Virus record (IMG/VR): IMGVR_UViG_3300043640_000027
Span: 1-63,050 of that record
DNA from: a virus
Length of the DNA: 63,050 nt
Direction: 5' to 3' (one strand)
Under the pieces are notes generated by a model. That model had not been told where the DNA came from, made no database searches, and was given only the letters and a program-made list of their open reading frames with translations. Position numbers and translations under genes: made by a program. Position 1 is the stretch's first letter; each line of letters opens with the position of its first letter. Of this stretch, positions 31,088-39,065 are shown in pieces.

Positions 31088-31777
31088 ATGGCGCGGATTA
31101 TACCTTGGTCATTCAGTAGTTGGAGCGCGTACCAAACTTGTCCGCGTCAGTTCTATGAACTTAGGATAGCTAAGACTGTAGTAGAACCGCCGTCCACGCA
31201 AATCATCTGGGGTAACGAAGTACATAAAGCTCTAGAAAACAAAGTTAAGTTAGGTGCGCCAGTACCCAAGACGATGGCCCACATGGAACCGATGGTGCAG
31301 CGTATTTTAGACGCGCCCGGTGAGAACCATGCAGAAATGGAGCTAGCCTGTACGGAAGACTTAAAGCCTACGGGGTTCTGGGACGACAATGCGTGGATGC
31401 GCGGTAAGGGCGACTTGATTAAACTTAATGGAGCTAAAGGCGCGGTCTTCGACTACAAGACCGGAAAGCGCAAGCCGAATAGTTTGCAGCTAGACATGAT
31501 GGCTATACTAGCCTTTGCTAAGTTCCCCGATCTAGAATACTTGCGTACATGTTTTCTATGGTTCCAAGAACCGTCTAAGCCCACGATTGCAGAGTACCAC
31601 CGCGACAGAGCGCCAGCGCTACTTGACCAGTTCATGCCGGGTGTAGAGGATATGGTGTGGAGTATGTCGGAAGATGTGTGGCCCGCTAAACCGTCAGGTC
31701 TATGTCGTCCTAATCCCCGTACAGGCTTTGCAGGTTGTCCGGTTACGTCTTGTCCGCATAATGGCCGAAAGAAATGA
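31088..31777 (+). CDS. PD-(D/E)XK exonuclease, Cas4-like with four-Cys cluster
   Basis: N-terminal CPRQFY. Catalytic-like GKGDLI...FDYKTGK. C-terminal CRPNPRTGFAGCPVTSCPH, giving a 1+3 Cys arrangement as in Cas4/AddB Fe-S nucleases. Confidence 0.7.
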   Translation: MARIIPWSFSSWSAYQTCPRQFYELRIAKTVVEPPSTQIIWGNEVHKALENKVKLGAPVPKTMAHMEPMVQRILDAPGENHAEMELACTEDLKPTGFWDDNAWMRGKGDLIKLNGAKGAVFDYKTGKRKPNSLQLDMMAILAFAKFPDLEYLRTCFLWFQEPSKPTIAEYHRDRAPALLDQFMPGVEDMVWSMSEDVWPAKPSGLCRPNPRTGFAGCPVTSCPHNGRKK

Positions 31778-31968
31778 AACAGCCGATGTTCAAAGTAACA
31801 GGGTTTGAATTTCGAGATACCATCACTGTATACGAAGGCGACACCATAGAGTACGACTGGAAGCGCAAGAAGGCTATGGTAGTTAGCAGTGTCGGCAAGG
31901 TGCGCACGTCTACAGATTTTAAGGTAGTGGAGCTAGATAATGGGGAGAGCGCTACAGCCGGGGCGTGA
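31774..31968 (+). CDS. hypothetical protein
   Basis: 64-aa ORF, ATGA-coupled. Confidence 0.5.
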   Translation: MKQPMFKVTGFEFRDTITVYEGDTIEYDWKRKKAMVVSSVGKVRTSTDFKVVELDNGESATAGA

Positions 31969-32338
31969 TAAGATCAAGGAAGAGTGGGTTAAAGACAAGG
32001 TTAAGGACATACTAAAGACGTACAAACGTATCAAGGTTGATATGCCCCCAGCAGCCATGTACGGCAGTGCTGGCCGACACGACTTTATTGTGTGCCAGCG
32101 TGGGCTATTCTGGACAGTGGAAACCAAGGCTGGTAAGAATAAGCTGAGTGATCTACAGATTAGCTACGCAGAAGACATACAATCCGCAGGCGGTATATGC
32201 TTAGTGATTAATGAATTTAATTTCTTAGAAGTTGGCGCAGTAGCTTGCTACATAGAATCCATGGGTGAGCTACCTTACCATCTTAATCACAACTTCCGCG
32301 AATACAAACCACCGAAGCGGCCAAAACATGCTAGTTAA
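31940..32338 (+). CDS. VRR-NUC domain nuclease
   Basis: GRHDFIV...WTVETKAGKNKLSDLQ (D...ExK core). GGAG 7 nt upstream of the ATG. Confidence 0.7.
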   Translation: MGRALQPGRDKIKEEWVKDKVKDILKTYKRIKVDMPPAAMYGSAGRHDFIVCQRGLFWTVETKAGKNKLSDLQISYAEDIQSAGGICLVINEFNFLEVGAVACYIESMGELPYHLNHNFREYKPPKRPKHAS

Positions 32339-33872
32339 GAACGGCGCACTACTAATGTCGGTGGACCAACCATCCTCGATAACAGTACATATACCTACTG
32401 CGAAGGCCATTAGGTACAAGAACCGTAATATAGTCGCAGTTAAGCACACGCTGGATAGTGTAAAGGTACTGCGTAACTTAGGACTTAATGCCCCAAGCCC
32501 GATGTTGTACGATGGGTTTATATTCGGCGGACGATACAAGCCGATGGCGCACCAGACCAAGACGGCCGAGTTTCTTACGTTGCATCGTAGAGCGTTCGTG
32601 TTTAACACCATGGGTACAGGCAAGACCGCCGCAGCGCTATGGACGATGGACTACCTAAAGCAGCGCGGCCATATAAAGAGAGTGCTGATTATATCGCCGC
32701 TGTCAGTCATGGATGTGTGGGCTAACGAGGCGTTTAGCGTAGTACCTCAGTGGTCAGTCGAACAGTTAGTAGGCAAGAAAGACCGACGTGTAAGCCTACT
32801 TAACGCCGGTGCAGACATATGCGTTATTAACTACGACGGTTTGGTGTCCATACAAAAAGATATACTTGCGTGGAAACCAGACTTAATTATCGTAGACGAA
32901 GCTGATGCGTATTGCAACGCCCAGACCAAACGATATAAAGCTTTAAAGGATACACTAGGCCCAGACACACGGTTATGGCTGCTTACGGGAACACCTATCG
33001 CCAATGCGCCTACCGACGCCTACGGCCTCATTAAACTGGTAAATCCTTCCGCGATTGCTGCTAGTTTTAAACTGTTCCAAGAAACATTAATGCGTAAGCA
33101 TGGCCCGTATAAGTGGATAGCCAAGCCGGGTGCCGAAGAACGCGTCTACGAATTAATGCAGCCCGCGATTAGATTTTCCAAGAAGGATTGTCTAGACTTA
33201 CCGCCCGTTACATTTAGTTCTAGAAAGTGTGTTATGTCAGATGCACAGCAGGAAGTATTCGATAACGTAAAATCTGCCATGAAGCACGAGGATCAGGAAG
33301 CCGGTTACGAGATTAAAGCTGTCAACGCCGCAGTAAAATTAATCAAGCTACAGCAGATTATGTGCGGTGTGGTGAAAGATTCGAATGGCGACCCGGTAAT
33401 GCTAGACCCGAAGAACCGATTGGAAGTAGTAGATGAACTAGTAGCAGGTTCCGAAGCCAAGGTTATTATCTTCGTGCCATTCGTTAATGTGATGCACTTA
33501 GTTAAGAACCATCTGAGTAAAAAGTACGAAGTGGTATTAGTGAACGGGGATGTAAAGAAAAATGAGCGGGACGAAATCTTTAAGCGGTTTCAGTCTGACC
33601 AAAAAACTAAAGTGCTGGTGGCTCATCCAAAAGTGGCGGCGCATGGACTTACATTAACAGCCGCTAACACGATTATATGGTACGCGCCTATGTTCAGTGT
33701 TCTGCAATACAGTCAGGCAAATGCTCGTATTGACCGTACTGGACAGACCCTAGCAATGAGCATATATAATCTGTGGTGTCATCCAGTTGAACTAGCGATC
33801 TATACATTACTACAAGCTAAAGAGAACATGCAGTCTCGCGTTATGGAACTATATGGGGAAGCGCTTGCATAG
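32325..33872 (+). CDS. SNF2-family (DEAD/H-like) helicase
   Basis: Motif I TMGTGKT, II IIVDEAD, III LTGTPIAN and VI QANARIDRTGQ. Start uncertain (32325 or 32355; the track start 32265 overlaps VRR-NUC by 74 nt). Confidence 0.85.
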   Translation, partial: NMLVKNGALLMSVDQPSSITVHIPTAKAIRYKNRNIVAVKHTLDSVKVLRNLGLNAPSPMLYDGFIFGGRYKPMAHQTKTAEFLTLHRRAFVFNTMGTGKTAAALWTMDYLKQRGHIKRVLIISPLSVMDVWANEAFSVVPQWSVEQLVGKKDRRVSLLNAGADICVINYDGLVSIQKDILAWKPDLIIVDEADAYCNAQTKRYKALKDTLGPDTRLWLLTGTPIANAPTDAYGLIKLVNPSAIAASFKLFQETLMRKHGPYKWIAKPGAEERVYELMQPAIRFSKKDCLDLPPVTFSSRKCVMSDAQQEVFDNVKSAMKHEDQEAGYEIKAVNAAVKLIKLQQIMCGVVKDSNGDPVMLDPKNRLEVVDELVAGSEAKVIIFVPFVNVMHLVKNHLSKKYEVVLVNGDVKKNERDEIFKRFQSDQKTKVLVAHPKVAAHGLTLTAANTIIWYAPMFSVLQYSQANARIDRTGQTLAMSIYNLWCHPVELAIYTLLQAKENMQSRVMELYGEALA

Positions 33873-33893
33873 TCGAGAGAAACCCTGTAGAAT
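33865..33893 (+). promoter_or_regulatory. sigma70-like promoter (putative)
   Basis: TTGCAT (33865-33870), 17 nt, TAGAAT (33888-33893). The -35 overlaps the helicase TAG stop. Precedes RBS AAGGAGG and GTG 33932. Confidence 0.45.
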
Positions 33894-33931
33894 CTTCAAC
33901 CCCAAACCCAGAAAATGCAAGGAGGTGTATC

Positions 33932-34321
33932 GTGGCACAGGTTAATGTCGATACCGTTGTCCAAGCCTATGTTAAGCTCCGCGATCAGCGTGGCACATTA
34001 AAGAAGGCATACGACGACGAAGACAGTCTACTCAAGCAGAAGATGGAACGCCTTGAGACTTGGCTGATGACACAGATGCAGCAGACGGGAGCCACGCAGC
34101 TTGGTTCACCGCACGGTACTGCATATCAGCAGACCGTATTCAAGGGTAACTGTTCTGACTGGCCGAGCTTCTGGAACTGGCTGGCAGAGAATGGCCGCTT
34201 CGATATGATGGAGAAGCGTGTGTCAGTGAAGACCATTCAGGAATACTACCAAGAGTCCGGCGAAATGCCGCCCGGCATTAATGTCAACCCAGAGCTTCGC
34301 GTCATTATCAGGAAAGCGTAA
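33932..34321 (+). CDS. hypothetical protein (replication/recombination module)
   Basis: GTG start with a strong AAGGAGG RBS. 129 aa. Confidence 0.65.
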   Translation: MAQVNVDTVVQAYVKLRDQRGTLKKAYDDEDSLLKQKMERLETWLMTQMQQTGATQLGSPHGTAYQQTVFKGNCSDWPSFWNWLAENGRFDMMEKRVSVKTIQEYYQESGEMPPGINVNPELRVIIRKA

Positions 34322-34584
34322 TGGCTGAAATCTCAATACCCCTACTAGATGCGATACATCGGGACATAGACGCGAAAGCAGAGCGTGCGGCTAATACTTT
34401 GCTTGTCAGCTTCACCCACGTACTGCACTATGAACTACGTAAACTAGGTGTTTCAGGAGACGACGCGAAGGACGAATGCAACGCACTAAGCGCTAAGTAT
34501 CTACCTAGCGTGCTACAGAGACAGAAGAACTACATGTTTAACCAGTGCGTCGCCAATATAACCCGCACCGAACAAGAATTCTAA
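34321..34584 (+). CDS. hypothetical protein
   Basis: 87-aa ORF with TAATG coupling. Confidence 0.6.
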   Translation: MAEISIPLLDAIHRDIDAKAERAANTLLVSFTHVLHYELRKLGVSGDDAKDECNALSAKYLPSVLQRQKNYMFNQCVANITRTEQEF

Positions 34585-34598
34585 CGGAGATAATTTCA

Positions 34599-35720
34599 AT
34601 GTCAAATGATCTACTCATTCAAGGTAACGGCCCAATGAACCTGCCAGCCCATTTGGCTGGTACGAACTTCGGCGTTACTACAAACCTGATGGAAGGCATG
34701 TTTACGGCAGGCAACCGTATCGGCCTGAAAGGTTCACGCTTTCGACTTGTGGTAGGTGGTATCGAAGAGTGCGTGATCCAAGAACCGTACCTAGACGTTA
34801 TCTTCCTAGGTGCAGCCCCAGCAGTGAGTCGCGTGTACTATGAAGGCGCATACAAGCAGGGTGAGAACGCTGCACCTACCTGTTACAGTGCCGATGGTAT
34901 CGTGCCTAACGACGACGTGAAAGCAAAGCAAGCCGATAAGTGCATGACCTGCCCGCAGAATGCCAAGGGCAGCAAGATCGTAGACGGCCAGCAGTTCAAG
35001 GCTTGTGCCTACTTCCGCCGTGTCGTGGTTATGCTGGCGGGTGACATAGATCAGCAAACCGTGTTCAAGCTTGACGTGAAGGCTCAGGGCTTGTTCGGCG
35101 AAAGCACCGCGAATGAAAAGAACCTTAACGAATACATCAAGATGATCGCAACTCGTGGCGTCGATGCTGGTGCAGTAGTTACCCGCATTAGTTTTGACAC
35201 CGATGCCAGTGTGCCGAAGCTTCTGTTTAAGGCTGTGCGGTTTATCTCGGTGGAAGAGATGGGTGTCGTGTCTAACTTGGTGCAGAGTGAAGAAGTAATT
35301 AATCTCAAGACTGTTTCCATGTCTACGCTTGACTCGTCGCATGAAGAGCCGACAGGCGGCGATGAACCCGCAGCAGAGCAGGAAGCGCCCCCAGCGCAGA
35401 CCCAGCGGCCAGCGGCCACGCAGCGGCCCCAGCAAGCGGCCCAGACGGCGAAGCCTGCAACGCAAGCGGCCCCAGCAGCTGCCCAGCGGCCAGCCGCGAC
35501 CCAGCGTCCCGTACAGGCGGCGGCAACCACGCAGCGAGCGGCCCCGGCCACGCAGCGGCCCGCGACAACTACCCAGCGTCCGGCAACACAGACCGCTAAA
35601 CCCGTTGTAGAAAGCAGCGTACCGGCACCACAGCGTACAGCAACTAAGGCGCCGGAACCCGTAGTGACCGAAGTAGGAACCGATGACGAACTGGCTGACC
35701 TGCTAGCGAGCCTTGAGTAA
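34599..35720 (+). CDS. single-stranded DNA-binding protein-like (putative; Cys4 cluster, disordered Q/P/A/T linker, acidic C-terminal tip)
   Basis: Start chosen at ATG 34599 (GGAGA upstream). Cys cluster C-x22-CxxC-x18-C. About 110-aa ATQRP-type repeat linker. C-terminus DDELADLLASLE. Architecture is analogous to SSB/gp32/gp2.5-type proteins. Confidence 0.45.
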   Translation: MSNDLLIQGNGPMNLPAHLAGTNFGVTTNLMEGMFTAGNRIGLKGSRFRLVVGGIEECVIQEPYLDVIFLGAAPAVSRVYYEGAYKQGENAAPTCYSADGIVPNDDVKAKQADKCMTCPQNAKGSKIVDGQQFKACAYFRRVVVMLAGDIDQQTVFKLDVKAQGLFGESTANEKNLNEYIKMIATRGVDAGAVVTRISFDTDASVPKLLFKAVRFISVEEMGVVSNLVQSEEVINLKTVSMSTLDSSHEEPTGGDEPAAEQEAPPAQTQRPAATQRPQQAAQTAKPATQAAPAAAQRPAATQRPVQAAATTQRAAPATQRPATTTQRPATQTAKPVVESSVPAPQRTATKAPEPVVTEVGTDDELADLLASLE

Positions 35721-36001
35721 TGGAACACATAGCCACTAGGATTACAAATACGCTCAAGCGTTCCGGGTTAACCGCCCGGAACCTAGCGGCTATCGCGAAT
35801 GTTCATTACACAACGATCTATTTAATCACAAAGAAAGGGGAGCGGGCTAAACCGCTTCCCGCGATTAGTGAGTCTCTAGACCGCGCGCTAGCCGTGATTA
35901 ACCAACTCGTAGCCGAGAATAAACTGCCGATGCCTACTAGTCTTTCGCAAGAGACGAAACAGGAAAAGCTATCTCAGCTTGTCGTCGAACATACTACGTA
36001 A
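35720..36001 (+). CDS. helix-turn-helix DNA-binding protein (XRE-like)
   Basis: LTARNLAAIANVHYTTIYLITKKG resembles an XRE-type HTH. 93 aa. Immediately upstream of the primase/helicase. Confidence 0.55.
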   Translation: MEHIATRITNTLKRSGLTARNLAAIANVHYTTIYLITKKGERAKPLPAISESLDRALAVINQLVAENKLPMPTSLSQETKQEKLSQLVVEHTT

Positions 36002-36010
36002 GGGGCACTC

Positions 36011-38902
36011 GTGCAATCACAACGGGAGTTCTTCGGCTCGATATTAGCGAGCCAAGGTAAGCCTTGCCTTGCGTGGCTAGTTAATCGCGCAGGTGACAAG
36101 CCCTACTTCAAACACAAAGTCTTTGAGTCCGTAGACCAATTCTGCATATTTCTCGATAAGGTAGATTTTACTAAGTCCAATTACTACTTCTGCATTTCGA
36201 CATTAAAGCAAGGCAGCATCGAAGTGAAGGGGAAAGACCGCATACGCGTACAGCAGAATATGCAGTACACACGATGCTTTGTACTGGACGTAGATATTCG
36301 ACCCGAGAAAGAAGGTTTCTATGCAGATGTAGACAGCGCCCTACAAGGTGTAGCAGATGCGTGCGAGGCGTTAAGTCTCCCGCAACCGACCATAGTTAAT
36401 AGTGGGTTCGGACTGCATGTTTACTGGCCTATGGCGGACGGCGTAGACTCAGAAGTATGGACAAAGGCAGCACGCAAACTTAAGAAAGCGATCGAATTAA
36501 TCGTACCCATGTTGGTGGCCGATGGTTCCCGCGTGTCCGACTGTGCAGGCGTGTTGCGTATACCGAACAGCTTTAATCTTAAGAGCGACCCGCCCACACC
36601 AGTAGAGGTTATACAGACCTTCTCTGACTTTGTGGACTTCGGCTCTTTGCGTCTTATGCTTGACCGGATCGCACCCAGCGAAGGCGAGAATAAGAACACG
36701 GTAGAACTAGGTACTACGTTCGTAGACTACGGCGCTACCGATCTGACCCAAGTAATTAAAAAGTGCAATTGGGTTAAAGATTATATGGTTCACCAATCCA
36801 CGGCAGCCGAACCAGAATGGTACGCGATGCTAGGACTGGCGCAGTTTATGGAATACAAGACTAAGGGCGGTGCGGTTCTCGAACGCGAAAAGATCGCGCA
36901 CATACTATCTAAAGGTCACCCAGACTACGATGGCGAGCGCACTTATCTAAAATACATGCAGGTCACGGGTGCCCAGAGTGGCCCGACTACTTGCGCTAAG
37001 TTTCAATCCGTGGATGCCAAACGCTGCAAAGGGTGTCCATTCCTAGGTATCATTAAAACGCCGCTGCAAGTAGCGCGTATCGAAGCCCCAGCAACTGAAG
37101 CCAAGACTGTAGAGACTACCGTAGTAGATGAAGGTGGTAACCAGACAGTAGAAACAGTAGTTATCCCGCTGCCACCCAAGCCGTATTTTCGTGGCGAAGA
37201 CGGTGGAGTGTTTATCCGTAAGAAGATTAAAACGGAAGAAGGGTTTGACGACATTATTGATCGTGTCTACGATTATGATATGTACCCGACTAAACGTCTT
37301 CGCACAGAGACTACAGAATCAGAGGCCATGGAAATTCATCTATGGCTACCTAAAGATGGGCTTAAGAAGTTTCGGTTACCGACACAGTACCTAGCCGATG
37401 GTAAGAAGCTTACGCAGTTCCTATCAGATAAGGGCGTAGTACCAGAGTTCAACAAAGCACCTGCGGTAACCAAGTACCTGATTGACTACATAAGGCAGTT
37501 ACAGATGGATAAGGCAGCAGAAGTCGAGTTCTCACGGTTTGGTTGGCGTGATATTTACAGTGCCGATCCCAAGTTTGTACTCAGTGATGGTTACATGTCT
37601 AATACCGGGGCTATCACGAACAGCGGCATTTCACCGCATCTACGGGACGCTGCGCCTAATGCGACCGTGGCAGGATCGTTAGCCAAATGGAAGCAAGGGT
37701 TTGACGTATACCGGACGATAGATGACTCTGACCCGTACATACTAGCCATCATGCTAGGGTTCGCAGCTCCATTAATGCCGCTAACAGGATATAGTGGCGT
37801 GATGTACAATATCGTAGGAGACAGTGCGGCAGGTAAGTCTACAGCTTTGCAGGTGATGACTAGCGTATGGGGCAAGCCCAATCCTAATCAGCTACGTACA
37901 GAGGATACAGACAATGCCATATTTAATTTTATTGGTTACCTTAGCAATGTACCTATTGCTTTTGACGAAGTTACTAAAATGGATGGTGACAGACTTAGTA
38001 CGTTTGTACTGGCGTTCACAGGGGGTCGAGGTAAGATGCGCGCAACGCGTGACGGCCAGAACAGGGCTAATGATATTTATTGGGACACTATTATTTGCAG
38101 TACCAGTAATGTAAGCCTGTACGATAAGCTCGCCAATGCACGACGCGGATACACAGCGGAAGCCATGCGAGTATTTGAGCTTCATGTGGATAAGTCCCAC
38201 GACGAGAACAAGGCTAAGATAGACGCGGCAATGAAGCTACTCAAAGAGAACTACGGGCAGGCGGGCCGGGACTTTGTAGCCTACGTGATGCCTAGGATTA
38301 ACCAGATTAAACCGCTAATCGAGAAGGCTACCGCAGCACTGGTACAGAAAGGCGGACTGCGTAATGAAGAACGATTCTGGGGCGCGCTGTTAGCTTGTGC
38401 CTTAGTTGGCGGCAAGATAGCCCGTGACATACTTAAACTTCACAGTTACGATATAGAAGGCGTCGTGAACAGGGTGCTTGGGTTTGCGCCAAAGGTACGG
38501 CAGGCGGTAGCCACTACGGTTTCTGACCCTACTTCTACGCTGGCCGAGTTTATTAATGCTAACCTTAACTCATTAATCCGTATCAGCGATGGCAATGTAG
38601 ACCTTACGGCCATGAACGGAAACATGAACATGGTGAAGGGTAGACTCGAATACAGAGACGGTAAAGCAGACGTGGCGTTTATATCTGTCCAGTCCATACG
38701 GGAATACTGCGATCAGCGTCGAATCGACAACGCGTGGCTTCGCAGAGAATTGGTGGAGCTAGGCGTTATCAAGGACGGCGCATTCCAGAAGCGGCTGACG
38801 GCAGGAACCAAACTACCGCAAGTCAATGTGAAGGTTTGGGAAGTAGCGTTGCAACATGAGAAGCTAACTAAATCACTTGAAGAACTACAGACCACGGAAT
38901 AA
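36011..38902 (+). CDS. primase-polymerase (AEP-like) fused to SF3/D5-like helicase
   Basis: N-terminal FVLDVDI ... GFGLHVYWP (prim-pol-like DxD and sxH motifs). Central Walker A GDSAAGKST and Walker B IAFDEV. 963 aa, GTG start. Confidence 0.75.
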   Translation: MQSQREFFGSILASQGKPCLAWLVNRAGDKPYFKHKVFESVDQFCIFLDKVDFTKSNYYFCISTLKQGSIEVKGKDRIRVQQNMQYTRCFVLDVDIRPEKEGFYADVDSALQGVADACEALSLPQPTIVNSGFGLHVYWPMADGVDSEVWTKAARKLKKAIELIVPMLVADGSRVSDCAGVLRIPNSFNLKSDPPTPVEVIQTFSDFVDFGSLRLMLDRIAPSEGENKNTVELGTTFVDYGATDLTQVIKKCNWVKDYMVHQSTAAEPEWYAMLGLAQFMEYKTKGGAVLEREKIAHILSKGHPDYDGERTYLKYMQVTGAQSGPTTCAKFQSVDAKRCKGCPFLGIIKTPLQVARIEAPATEAKTVETTVVDEGGNQTVETVVIPLPPKPYFRGEDGGVFIRKKIKTEEGFDDIIDRVYDYDMYPTKRLRTETTESEAMEIHLWLPKDGLKKFRLPTQYLADGKKLTQFLSDKGVVPEFNKAPAVTKYLIDYIRQLQMDKAAEVEFSRFGWRDIYSADPKFVLSDGYMSNTGAITNSGISPHLRDAAPNATVAGSLAKWKQGFDVYRTIDDSDPYILAIMLGFAAPLMPLTGYSGVMYNIVGDSAAGKSTALQVMTSVWGKPNPNQLRTEDTDNAIFNFIGYLSNVPIAFDEVTKMDGDRLSTFVLAFTGGRGKMRATRDGQNRANDIYWDTIICSTSNVSLYDKLANARRGYTAEAMRVFELHVDKSHDENKAKIDAAMKLLKENYGQAGRDFVAYVMPRINQIKPLIEKATAALVQKGGLRNEERFWGALLACALVGGKIARDILKLHSYDIEGVVNRVLGFAPKVRQAVATTVSDPTSTLAEFINANLNSLIRISDGNVDLTAMNGNMNMVKGRLEYRDGKADVAFISVQSIREYCDQRRIDNAWLRRELVELGVIKDGAFQKRLTAGTKLPQVNVKVWEVALQHEKLTKSLEELQTTE

Positions 38903-39030
38903 GGCGCGCTGTACGGCGCTTCGTCGGCCACCGATGCCCAGCCGGGAACGCAGAATGCCCCTGTCGCGGGCATCGGAATCGACCAGACTATCGAATACGT
39001 CTTGCGGCAGGTATCAGTTTACCTGCATTT

Positions 39031-39063
39031 AGGCCCGGTACATTACGTACCGGGCCTCTTTTT
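39031..39063 (+). terminator. intrinsic terminator hairpin at the convergence point of both arms
   Basis: AGGCCCGGTAC / GTACCGGGCCT 11-bp stem with a 5-nt loop, followed by CTTTTTG. Lies 3-9 nt beyond the minus-strand stop (39066) and about 130 nt beyond the plus-strand stop (38902). Confidence 0.7.
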
Positions 39064-39065
39064 GT

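Noticed and set aside
34806-35728. Long antisense ORFs (34806..35465, 35084..35728, 35323..35568) and an alternative-frame ORF 35329..35610 over the SSB-like gene
   Set aside because: They are generated by the GC-rich CAGCGGCC repeat and give Arg/Gly/Ala/Cys-rich nonsense-like proteins. The sense ORF has an RBS and operon context.
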